Shown: one piece after another, positions 56,727 through 64,000 of the stretch
How the letters are laid out: each line of letters starts with the position of its first letter
How positions within the stretch are numbered: position 1 is the first letter of the stretch
IMG/VR virus record: IMGVR_UViG_3300010157_000035
Coordinates: 62,001 to 126,000 of that record
Source of the DNA: an uncultured virus (IMG/VR IMGVR_UViG_3300010157_000035)
Lineage: Duplodnaviria > Heunggongvirae > Uroviricota > Caudoviricetes
Strand: one strand, 5' to 3'
DNA: 64,000 bases
Position numbers and translations under genes: made by a program
The notes under the pieces: generated by a model
What the model was told of the DNA's origin: nothing
Database searches by the model: none
What the model saw: only the letters and a program-made list of their open reading frames with translations

Positions 56727-57183
56727 TTTCCGTTAATACCTGGTTAGATGTTTTAACAAAAGTTTCAAAGATTGAGTCAGACCAAGTGCTTTTAGCATTA
56801 TTGGCCCAGTGTGTTAACAGTCTTACATTTCCTTTGACATACCCTCTGGTGTTGTCGATGCGATCAACACTAGCACGATATGGATTTTTATATTCTGGAG
56901 TGCCGCTGACATGATCCAACCATTGGCCAGTTAATGAACATTTTCCATTTTGAGCAATCCATAATTCAGCCAGGTAAGGCAAATCCAAATTGCAGTCCCA
57001 TTTAAATTTTTTTGCTCGTTTTTTAGAATTTGATAAGTTTTCACTTAATCCCATCACGACCTGATACCAGGCCGGAACTTTTTCAAACATGACTTTATAA
57101 TTTGTGTCGTATGGATGTGTGGGCACCAACGACATTAACTTTTTTTTGTTGTTCAACAACTCAATAAATTTTTGCTCGTTCAT
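56719..57183 (-). CDS. His-Me finger (HNH-type) endonuclease
   Basis: QNGKCSLTG...SVDRIDN.RGYVKGNVRL...AN.AK; start MNEQKF after GAGGAG. Confidence 0.75.
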   Translation of the reverse strand: MNEQKFIELLNNKKKLMSLVPTHPYDTNYKVMFEKVPAWYQVVMGLSENLSNSKKRAKKFKWDCNLDLPYLAELWIAQNGKCSLTGQWLDHVSGTPEYKNPYRASVDRIDNTRGYVKGNVRLLTHWANNAKSTWSDSIFETFVKTSNQVLTENA

Positions 57184-57184
57184 T

Positions 57185-58234
57185 TCAATTCTCCTCAGGA
57201 AACAAGCCAGGAGCCGTATTACCATCTTCGATACCAACCTTGGCGCCAGCACCGTGGAATGGTAAGTTTAAATCGCCACCATTGCGTAGGTGCAATTCAC
57301 GCAGGAAGTTACTCATGGCAGTTGGAGCGACCCAACCTGCGCCAGGGTGACTGTGCTCCCATTGAATCTTTGCTTTGGCATGCATCAAGTGACTGCTTCT
57401 AAACGTCTGCCTACAAGATTCTAATAGTGTTTTCATCCAGTCTGCGGGTAACTGAACTGTGCCAGCAGTGCCAGCCAGTCGTTGCAATTCATAGAGGCCA
57501 ATAAAAACACCTTGATCAATTTCTTCTTGTAATGGATACACAGATTTAACAGCCGCAAGTATCTGACTCAAGATCCGACCAGTCTCGTCTAGCTCAATGC
57601 CTTTTTGTGCATACTTAAAGTGACTAAAGAAGTAGTCGTTGTCACCACGTAGGTTATCACTGGCACGGCTACCTTTGTCTTGCAGGTCAATACCGTTGTT
57701 GTCAAATTGATCTTGCATAGTTCTGGCACGAACGTTCTTGATATCACGACTGCCATTTTTGTAACGCACCAAAGCATTACGATGCAAGTCGCCGGGATTA
57801 AGACGCTTGACTCCAGTGTCGTTTAACATTTCAAACGCATACGAAGCAAAGTTTGGGTCATCAGTTTCTACTACAGCACAAGGAATTTCTGTATAGCCAA
57901 GGATGGCTGCGGCCAAGGTACGATGTTGAGCATCATACAAATAGATATTACTGCCCTTAATACGGCATGCACTTCCTGGACTACAAATACGTGGATCCCA
58001 TTTTTTCATAATGTTGATAACATGTTTATGAATAACGTCACGTTGGACTTCATAGTCAATCCAAAGATCTTCTATGGTAATCATGGTACTATGTGGGAAT
58101 GTATGAACTAGAGCTTTTGCACGAGCTCGCCAAGCCGCCAGATCTTTTTCTGTGACTTCGTAGTGTGCTTTGAGCTGTGATTCTACTTCTGCGACAACTT
58201 CCGTAAATTTACGGACAAGGCGTTTTGCGGCCAT
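57185..58234 (-). CDS. ParB/Srx-superfamily (DGQHR-like) protein
   Basis: IDYEVQR...LYDAQHR...IPC.VV...F..LN. Confidence 0.65.
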   Translation of the reverse strand: MAAKRLVRKFTEVVAEVESQLKAHYEVTEKDLAAWRARAKALVHTFPHSTMITIEDLWIDYEVQRDVIHKHVINIMKKWDPRICSPGSACRIKGSNIYLYDAQHRTLAAAILGYTEIPCAVVETDDPNFASYAFEMLNDTGVKRLNPGDLHRNALVRYKNGSRDIKNVRARTMQDQFDNNGIDLQDKGSRASDNLRGDNDYFFSHFKYAQKGIELDETGRILSQILAAVKSVYPLQEEIDQGVFIGLYELQRLAGTAGTVQLPADWMKTLLESCRQTFRSSHLMHAKAKIQWEHSHPGAGWVAPTAMSNFLRELHLRNGGDLNLPFHGAGAKVGIEDGNTAPGLFPEEN

Positions 58235-58298
58235 TTTACTTTTTCCTTCGTTACCCGACACAATGCGGGATTAGTTGATAAATTGTTACTACAGCACT

Positions 58299-58327
58299 AG
58301 TATAACATCATTATAACTTGGTGTCAA
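58299..58327 (-). promoter_or_regulatory. Sigma70-like promoter of the ParB-like/nuclease/methylase operon
   Basis: TTGACA-N17-TATACT. Confidence 0.7.
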
Positions 58328-58335
58328 CCTGTAGG

Positions 58336-58530
58336 TTAGTGCCCACTAACCCTGCGAGATTCGTTTACCAATGGTTGAAATCGCTGGCTAAATGCATCCA
58401 ACAGACATGAGTATTTTTGCCCGGTAGTGGCATTATTATAGTAAACCCACAGTTCCTTTTCAACCTGTCGAACTTCTTCTACTACAAATATCTTACCATC
58501 CGGTGATGTAAATCGTGTTGCCATTGTCAT
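58336..58530 (-). CDS. Hypothetical protein
   Basis: YSCLLDAF..RF. Confidence 0.55.
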   Translation of the reverse strand: MTMATRFTSPDGKIFVVEEVRQVEKELWVYYNNATTGQKYSCLLDAFSQRFQPLVNESRRVSGH

Positions 58531-58531
58531 A

Positions 58532-59281
58532 TTATACCTCTTTTAGTCCTGTTGTAGTGATGCTAACTAGTCGTTCTTTAGGAGCCGCCAGCATATTTTG
58601 ATAATCAACCAAATAAAAAACATAGTCATCCAGTTCAGCCAAAGCCGTTTTAATTGGATCCGCTCCGGTGATAAAATATTCAACCCAAATCCACGGACGG
58701 TGTTGCTTTATGGTTGCAAGTGCGCCGGTTAGTGCTGGAACTTCGTAGCCTTCTACGTCCAGTTTAAAAAAATCCAGTCTGGCCAATGCCATAGCGTCAA
58801 TACTGGTGATGTTTACCACACGGTCGTTCATCCAACCATCTTCATCTACGGTAGTTTCATCTGTTAACGACACAGTACCAAAATCTTGCACTTCACTGTA
58901 ATTGACCTCGGGCAGTTGGGCTATACCGGGTTCTGCACCAAGTCCGCAATTGTGCAGATACACATGGCGATATCCATTCAGTGCCAAACTGCCACCCAAG
59001 GCTTGGAATAATTGACGCTGTGGTTCAAAGCTAACGATCCTAGTGCCGCGGCCTTGTGTTCTATGGGCCACAGGCACAGTAAAGAATCCAACATTGGCTC
59101 CACCATCCACAATGACCGCATCTGCAGGCAAGGTATCAATAATGGCAAAGATATTGGCCAGTTCTGACTCGATATGGGTACGTCCAGTTTTGACCAATGC
59201 TTCTGCTTGAAACAAACAGGTCCTAGCCACAATGAATCGACCATATACACTGTCTAACACTACAAAATTATCTACTGTCAC
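58532..59281 (-). CDS. FkbM-family methyltransferase
   Basis: VDGGANVG, SFEPQ, KLDVEGYE. Confidence 0.9.
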   Translation of the reverse strand: MTVDNFVVLDSVYGRFIVARTCLFQAEALVKTGRTHIESELANIFAIIDTLPADAVIVDGGANVGFFTVPVAHRTQGRGTRIVSFEPQRQLFQALGGSLALNGYRHVYLHNCGLGAEPGIAQLPEVNYSEVQDFGTVSLTDETTVDEDGWMNDRVVNITSIDAMALARLDFFKLDVEGYEVPALTGALATIKQHRPWIWVEYFITGADPIKTALAELDDYVFYLVDYQNMLAAPKERLVSITTTGLKEV

Positions 59282-59282
59282 A

Positions 59283-59549
59283 TCAACTCCATTTCATTAC
59301 AAATGCCAAGTAATCACGCTCGCTATCAAAATAGAAAATATATTCCCCGGGTCGATCGTTAGAACTCACAGTGACCAGTTGCCATCGCCATTGGTCTATC
59401 AATGATTTTTTGGACCAGTCCAGGATCTCTTCCAACACACCATAGTTTTTTTGAATTCTACAGGCATGATCAAAACTGTCTTTGTCCCGCATAAACTGCA
59501 TGGGACTTTGTAACAACTGATCAGCAGATTCAACTTGGACGTTAGGCAT
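59283..59549 (-). CDS. Hypothetical protein (F..DA..F.LK paralog family)
   Basis: Ends FYFDSERDYLAFVMKWS. Confidence 0.55.
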   Translation of the reverse strand: MPNVQVESADQLLQSPMQFMRDKDSFDHACRIQKNYGVLEEILDWSKKSLIDQWRWQLVTVSSNDRPGEYIFYFDSERDYLAFVMKWS

Positions 59550-59949
59550 GTGACTGCAAGGACTCGGTTAATAACTCGGTAGGCAATTGCCAAAGTGCAT
59601 AACTTTCTGCAATGTCAGATACATATCCTGCACCAGGCCGGCCTGATTTAGGACTGGTCATTTCATAAAAGAAAAATTCTACTCCATCTTGTGTCCAAGT
59701 GCGTTTGGTGTAGTAGTGCGGATATCCTTCAAATGCATCCAGACTACGTTCGCAATCAGCAGTAATGTTCCATAAGACTCCGGCTACTTCTGCACCTCTG
59801 CATGGCTCAACGGTGGCGTGGTTGTAGAATTTCAATTGCCAATCCTGCAGAATAAAAGCACCATCGGCTTGAGCTTTAGGACAACGCCATGACATGGCTT
59901 CTGGATGCATGTTGGCACCATAAGCAAAATATAAATTCTTTTCTAACAT
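59542..59949 (-). CDS. Gamma-glutamylcyclotransferase-like protein
   Basis: YFAYGANM, V.GVLW, LDAFEGYP..Y. Confidence 0.85.
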   Translation of the reverse strand: MLEKNLYFAYGANMHPEAMSWRCPKAQADGAFILQDWQLKFYNHATVEPCRGAEVAGVLWNITADCERSLDAFEGYPHYYTKRTWTQDGVEFFFYEMTSPKSGRPGAGYVSDIAESYALWQLPTELLTESLQSHA

Positions 59950-60161
59950 ACGACCTCGCTGAATTTCAATTTAAAAAGTAATGCATCTTGTTGGTCTCGA
60001 AAAATCCAATCCATTGAGTTGCCACCAATATCAGTTATGTATCTACCACCAGGCAAGCCGAACAGATCAATGGCGTCAATACAGATTTGATCCCACCTCA
60101 ACATGTCATCTTTGTTGTCCAGGGCAACCGTGATTGAGTGGATATATTCAGGGTCGTGCAA
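59943..60161 (-). CDS. Hypothetical protein (F..DA..F.LK paralog family)
   Basis: FGLPG.RY...WIFRDQQDALLFKLKFS. Confidence 0.55.
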   Translation of the reverse strand: MHDPEYIHSITVALDNKDDMLRWDQICIDAIDLFGLPGGRYITDIGGNSMDWIFRDQQDALLFKLKFSEVVC

Positions 60162-60393
60162 TGTAGTGTTTCTTTATGTAAAGATCAGCTTTGGCTGGAT
60201 CGTCGAAGGTATAAAACAGAATATTATCAGTAATACCAAAGTGATTACAAAAACTTTGCCCGTATCTAATGCCGTACAAGGCATCAAAACTGAACTCCTG
60301 GCGCCATTGCTCGAATTGTTGTTGAGAGATAGATTTACGAATTTTACTATCTTGATCGGCAAAGGCCACTATCTGTTCAAAAGGGTTTGTCAT
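60148..60393 (-). CDS. Hypothetical protein
   Basis: RYGQSFCNHF. Confidence 0.55.
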   Translation of the reverse strand: MTNPFEQIVAFADQDSKIRKSISQQQFEQWRQEFSFDALYGIRYGQSFCNHFGITDNILFYTFDDPAKADLYIKKHYIARP

Positions 60394-60396
60394 ACT

Positions 60397-60897
60397 CTAT
60401 TTTAACACGCTTTCTCTATTTGTGTCAATCTCTAACCAAGTATGATCTCCTATATATTTGACCTGCGTCAGGTATTCATAATCTTCGGGTACACCGGTAT
60501 TCCATTCTGTAGGACCGGTCATGACCAAGAGAGTTCGTTCACGTCTCCGGTGCCATACCAACCAATACGAGTTGCCCATCACAACTTGAAACTGATATTC
60601 TGCGGCATGCACCCGGTCAGTGACTTCTAGTCTACGTCGAATATCTTCGGCTTGTTTTTGTAGCACTGCGACCAATTCCATAATACGATCATATTCCTGC
60701 TGGGCATACATCCTGGCATGATTGATCATGAGATCTTTTTGTTTTTCTACCGGCACTAGATCAAATGCGGGTCCTAGGGTGCTGGTAGCGTAAGGCGTTA
60801 TGTTTCGATTGAAAAAGGCAACTAAAGTGTTGCCAGTAGAAATATCAAAACTGTCTCTGCCTTTGGCAATGTTGGATTCTTCTGTCATCAGTCCCAA
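60397..60897 (-). CDS. DUF2452-like protein
   Basis: PY......PAF, coiled coil, F.VVMG..Y.L, P.EW, DHTW. Confidence 0.6.
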   Translation of the reverse strand: MGLMTEESNIAKGRDSFDISTGNTLVAFFNRNITPYATSTLGPAFDLVPVEKQKDLMINHARMYAQQEYDRIMELVAVLQKQAEDIRRRLEVTDRVHAAEYQFQVVMGNSYWLVWHRRRERTLLVMTGPTEWNTGVPEDYEYLTQVKYIGDHTWLEIDTNRESVLK

Positions 60898-61565
60898 AGA
60901 TTCTGGTAGTATTTTCCAAACAGCACAAACCCATTTTTGATACGTTTCTGAACCTTTTCTATACCTTTGTAATCACATTGGTAAGTGTGATTAGGGCCGT
61001 CTTCCCATTTATACATGGTGGCCTTGCCGGTTTCGTCCCATGCACAAGCCACTGTTTTCTGATCAAACTCGCCCGAACGAAACTTCTCTTCCCACGAGTC
61101 ATCTGTTTTACATTCGAACGCAAAAATCATTTCACCCAGCACCCAATCCCAACGTCGGAAGTGGTTGGCATCAGTATCCCACTCGTTTTCTTTGGCTGGT
61201 GCTTCTGTGCTACGCAAGCCTAAGCCTTTGGGCACATCTTTGTCATCCACATACGGAGCACCGTGTTTATCTTTATTCAACTGTCGAAGCATGGGCAGAA
61301 CAATTTCAGCCAAAGTGTGATCCATGCTCCAGGTATCCCACCGATCAATTTTGACATACGTGATTCGAGGATGCACAACGTCTAAAAACTTACGCACGGC
61401 AACGCAAATGGGATTTAAGAAGTTGACCCACTTGACATATCGGCCTTGGCCTGTATCTTCGTGGTCGTAAAATACACCCTCATCCTTTTCCCAAAAACAA
61501 ACAGTTTTTAAGATGGTGTATGGTGAGATCCAATGATCACGATATTTGCTAATGTAAACTTTCAT
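60888..61565 (-). CDS. Hypothetical phage protein
   Basis: IDRWDTWSMD.TLA...RWDWVL.EMIFAF...LFGKYYQNLWD; start MKVYISKY. Confidence 0.65.
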   Translation of the reverse strand: MKVYISKYRDHWISPYTILKTVCFWEKDEGVFYDHEDTGQGRYVKWVNFLNPICVAVRKFLDVVHPRITYVKIDRWDTWSMDHTLAEIVLPMLRQLNKDKHGAPYVDDKDVPKGLGLRSTEAPAKENEWDTDANHFRRWDWVLGEMIFAFECKTDDSWEEKFRSGEFDQKTVACAWDETGKATMYKWEDGPNHTYQCDYKGIEKVQKRIKNGFVLFGKYYQNLWD

Positions 61566-61966
61566 TCTAATCCTTTTTCCTTTACACCATCTTTGTACCA
61601 TTCGGTAAGAGGTTCATTGAATATTTCTCGAATCTTTATCATCTGCCCATCCATGAACAAGGCCTTGTATTCTATCCAGGCATTGCTTTCCCATGATTTC
61701 TGCGGGGTTTCTAATGCATGCCGATAAAAACGTATTTCCCCATCAAACTCATTACAGCATATCCAATGCTGGTTTGACTGTTTTATATAGCCGCCCAACA
61801 ATGCTGCATCATCCTCAACCCACTCGGCATCGTATTCTTCATGCCATAGATACCAATACCCGTCATCCTGATTCTGTTCTATCTTGTAATTATCCAACAA
61901 CTGAGCCGGAGTATCTTTTGTTTGATACTCCTCGCCTCGATAACGGATATTATCAAACATGCCCAT
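61562..61966 (-). CDS. Hypothetical protein
   Basis: MGMFD...YQTKD...FY...F.DG. Confidence 0.6.
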   Translation of the reverse strand: MGMFDNIRYRGEEYQTKDTPAQLLDNYKIEQNQDDGYWYLWHEEYDAEWVEDDAALLGGYIKQSNQHWICCNEFDGEIRFYRHALETPQKSWESNAWIEYKALFMDGQMIKIREIFNEPLTEWYKDGVKEKGLE

Positions 61967-61976
61967 AGTTCAACGA

Positions 61977-62186
61977 CTACCAGGTGCTTACATCAGTGAT
62001 ATCAATTGTGGTGTCAACATCTTTGTCGTTATCGTTGAACAGATTGAATGTAACTACCAGTCCTGTGCCAATGCCACTGGTGTGATCCACTTTGATCGTA
62101 AACCATTCTACTTCTTTAAAATGAGTATATATCTCGGTTAACTTGCCCAGCTGTTTACGGTTAAGTGCCAATTCAGTCATTACCAA
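61977..62186 (-). CDS. Hypothetical protein
   Basis: SGIG...DITDVSTW. Confidence 0.55.
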   Translation of the reverse strand: MVMTELALNRKQLGKLTEIYTHFKEVEWFTIKVDHTSGIGTGLVVTFNLFNDNDKDVDTTIDITDVSTW

Positions 62187-62362
62187 CTCCCATCATCAAT
62201 CCAAACACTAACAGTTAAAAAAAGAAATCGAACATACCAGCCCTTTTCATTGGGTCCGGCCCACTCACCTCTAAACTCACGACCGGCGCCGCCCAAATAA
62301 GACCAGTGGAATGGATTTAGATTCAATCTAACTGTGATGCCACTGTATCTTAGCCAGTTCAT
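62180..62362 (-). CDS. Hypothetical protein
   Basis: NPFHW...WIDDGSW. Confidence 0.55.
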   Translation of the reverse strand: MNWLRYSGITVRLNLNPFHWSYLGGAGREFRGEWAGPNEKGWYVRFLFLTVSVWIDDGSW

Positions 62363-62802
62363 CGATACTCCCGATCTAAACTAACGTTGGTCAAGCCAGC
62401 CACTGTTTGAAACTGATCCCATGCACTTTTTGCCGCAGGATTACTTTCCAGTTCGCTACTAGGCAAAACAGTTTCTAACCAAATCTCTGGACGGCGAGCA
62501 GGTTTTACGCCAAACTTGCGTGGCTGATGTAGTCGACCAGTTTCCCAAAGTTCAATGCTGACACTACGGAAACGATCTTCATCGTGGTAGCCGGCCCATT
62601 CGGGATTGCTGTGGCTAAAAAATCCACGGCTGTATGCATTGTCTGTGCCACCACCGTAGCCAATCCAAATACCTGACCATTGCTTGTCATCATGCGGATC
62701 GAAATCGGTACGAGTAATCAGCACTAGCACATCCGCAATGTCTACCTTGCCGTCCACAATGTCTCGAACGCATCGACTATAACTAAGTCCGATTTTCATC
62801 AA
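62359..62802 (-). CDS. Hypothetical protein
   Basis: IGLSYSRCVRDI...G.LHQPR. Confidence 0.6.
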   Translation of the reverse strand: MMKIGLSYSRCVRDIVDGKVDIADVLVLITRTDFDPHDDKQWSGIWIGYGGGTDNAYSRGFFSHSNPEWAGYHDEDRFRSVSIELWETGRLHQPRKFGVKPARRPEIWLETVLPSSELESNPAAKSAWDQFQTVAGLTNVSLDREYR

Positions 62803-62990
62803 TCAATCTCCATGGTTGTTTCATTGTCAAACGTAAAATACTCCGAAATTTCCAACAACACAGCATCAGCAATCTGTTCTTCAATGTAGGCCCGTGTGGG
62901 GGTTTCTGAATATTTATATGCACGGTTCATACCGTATTTGACTCCGCGCTCGATACAATCTACCAACACTGTATATTCTTTTACTTTCAT
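62799..62990 (-). CDS. Hypothetical protein
   Basis: 63-aa coupled ORF. Confidence 0.55.
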   Translation of the reverse strand: MKVKEYTVLVDCIERGVKYGMNRAYKYSETPTRAYIEEQIADAVLLEISEYFTFDNETTMEID

Positions 62991-63910
62991 TCGACCTCCA
63001 AATACTTTAGTTCAAAGTTGTTTGCACATGTTTCATAGCCAATGTATCCACGTGGGTTACACACCACTCGGGTCTCACCAATCCGGTAGTCACTGGCGTT
63101 GTGCATGTGACCATGCACCCATAGTCGGATACGTGGACGATCTGCAATAAATTCATCCAGCTCACTGCGGAACGCACCATTCATCACTGTGTCGGCACGA
63201 TAATACTCTGCTACACTGCGACTGCTGGGTGCATGATGCCCGACCACAATGTAGTTGCCGGGATCCTGAACCACGGTATTGATATAGGCCAACATCTGCT
63301 GATGCTCTTCTACAGTATCTTCTGGGCTCCAGTTGGCCGGCTCTTCTTTGCGTTTATGCCCAATGACAATCATTTGACCTGCTTCATTTGTGAGATACCG
63401 CCCACCATTCTGGCCATCTTCAGTCCACAGTGGGTTGGGTTCGTAAAGTGGTACTTTACGTGCTATGGTCCGACGGCTGTTCACCACTCCACGGAAATCA
63501 TTCATGGCCGTTTTGGTATGCATCAAGGTTATCGGGTCCTCACGATTCATATCAGTCCACAAGGTACCACAGATAAAGGTATGATCCTGATGACGCCATG
63601 TTTCTTTTTCAAGAATATGCAAATTTCCAAAATCCAAATGCTCTCGAAGAATACTATAACTTTTAGCCGCGTCACCGTGATAGTGTTCATGGTTACCCAG
63701 GATGTAAACCACGTGCGGAAATTCACTGCATGCCTGCTCAAAGAATTTACGATACTGTTGTGCCTGTTCTTGCTTGAAACCACGTGGACTAACAAAGTCG
63801 TCGGCCACACAGATATCTCCGGCCAGGATCAGCACATCAGCTGCTTGATCATTGGTTAGATCAATTGGACCAAATTCCAAATGAATATCAGACGCTAGAG
63901 CTATTTTCAT
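62987..63910 (-). CDS. Calcineurin-like metallophosphoesterase
   Basis: SDIH, AGD, GNHE, HH, HGH.H. Confidence 0.9.
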   Translation of the reverse strand: MKIALASDIHLEFGPIDLTNDQAADVLILAGDICVADDFVSPRGFKQEQAQQYRKFFEQACSEFPHVVYILGNHEHYHGDAAKSYSILREHLDFGNLHILEKETWRHQDHTFICGTLWTDMNREDPITLMHTKTAMNDFRGVVNSRRTIARKVPLYEPNPLWTEDGQNGGRYLTNEAGQMIVIGHKRKEEPANWSPEDTVEEHQQMLAYINTVVQDPGNYIVVGHHAPSSRSVAEYYRADTVMNGAFRSELDEFIADRPRIRLWVHGHMHNASDYRIGETRVVCNPRGYIGYETCANNFELKYLEVE

Positions 63911-64000
63911 TGATTTCTAATTCTGCTTTGAACTGTGCTACGATTACAGGATCGCCGGCTACCAAGTAGGCCGCTTTGCCCGGAAAACGAGTTTGCAAGG
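63888..64000 (-). CDS. C-terminal end of a gene entering from the right edge
   Basis: Open frame LQTRFPGKAAYL...ENSSSV followed by a stop that overlaps the next gene. Confidence 0.45.
   Translation of the reverse strand, partial: LQTRFPGKAAYLVAGDPVIVAQFKAELEINENSSSV

Noticed and set aside
7..63859. Most plus-strand and nested ORFs in the supplied track
   Set aside because: They are antisense or off-frame shadows of well-supported minus-strand genes. Only 22835, 23504 and 26194 are credible plus-strand genes.
1..64000. Genome-wide TAG-to-Gln recoding
   Set aside because: Only one in-frame amber was seen. Long genes are uninterrupted in the standard code and several end at TAG.

Overview
This 64 kb window looks like part of a large lytic tailed-phage (jumbo-type myovirus) genome. 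It is densely coding and almost entirely on the minus strand, with T4-like late promoters (TAAATA) and near-consensus sigma70 promoters. Contents in order: (1) putative head-packaged proteins with T4-like capsid-targeting N-termini, including a 2082-aa multi-enzyme polyprotein; (2) ClpA and DnaJ; (3) a full Gram-negative lysis cassette (GH19 endolysin, i- and o-spanin, holin); (4) a sulfation/oxidation/methylation-type enzyme cluster with a TctC binding protein; (5) PhoH, a HAD nucleotidase, two radical SAM enzymes, a clamp loader, GroES and a stand-alone DnaE fragment; (6) baseplate and tail-fibre genes; (7) ErpA, SOD, IF-1 and a SleB hydrolase; (8) many small early genes; (9) AhpC/AhpD split by an HNH homing endonuclease; (10) a five-gene ParB-like/HNH/nuclease/methyltransferase operon. 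The best candidates for new biology are: the polyprotein whose modules are joined by codon-identical VAE linkers; a glycine-rich adhesin split in two by a Cys-initiated, membrane-tailed domain plus a small helper gene; a structured ~280-nt RNA leader with an internal terminator upstream of the SleB hydrolase; and the nuclease/methylase operon. I recognised no tRNA, rRNA or CRISPR array. All family assignments come from motif recognition by eye, not from database searches.
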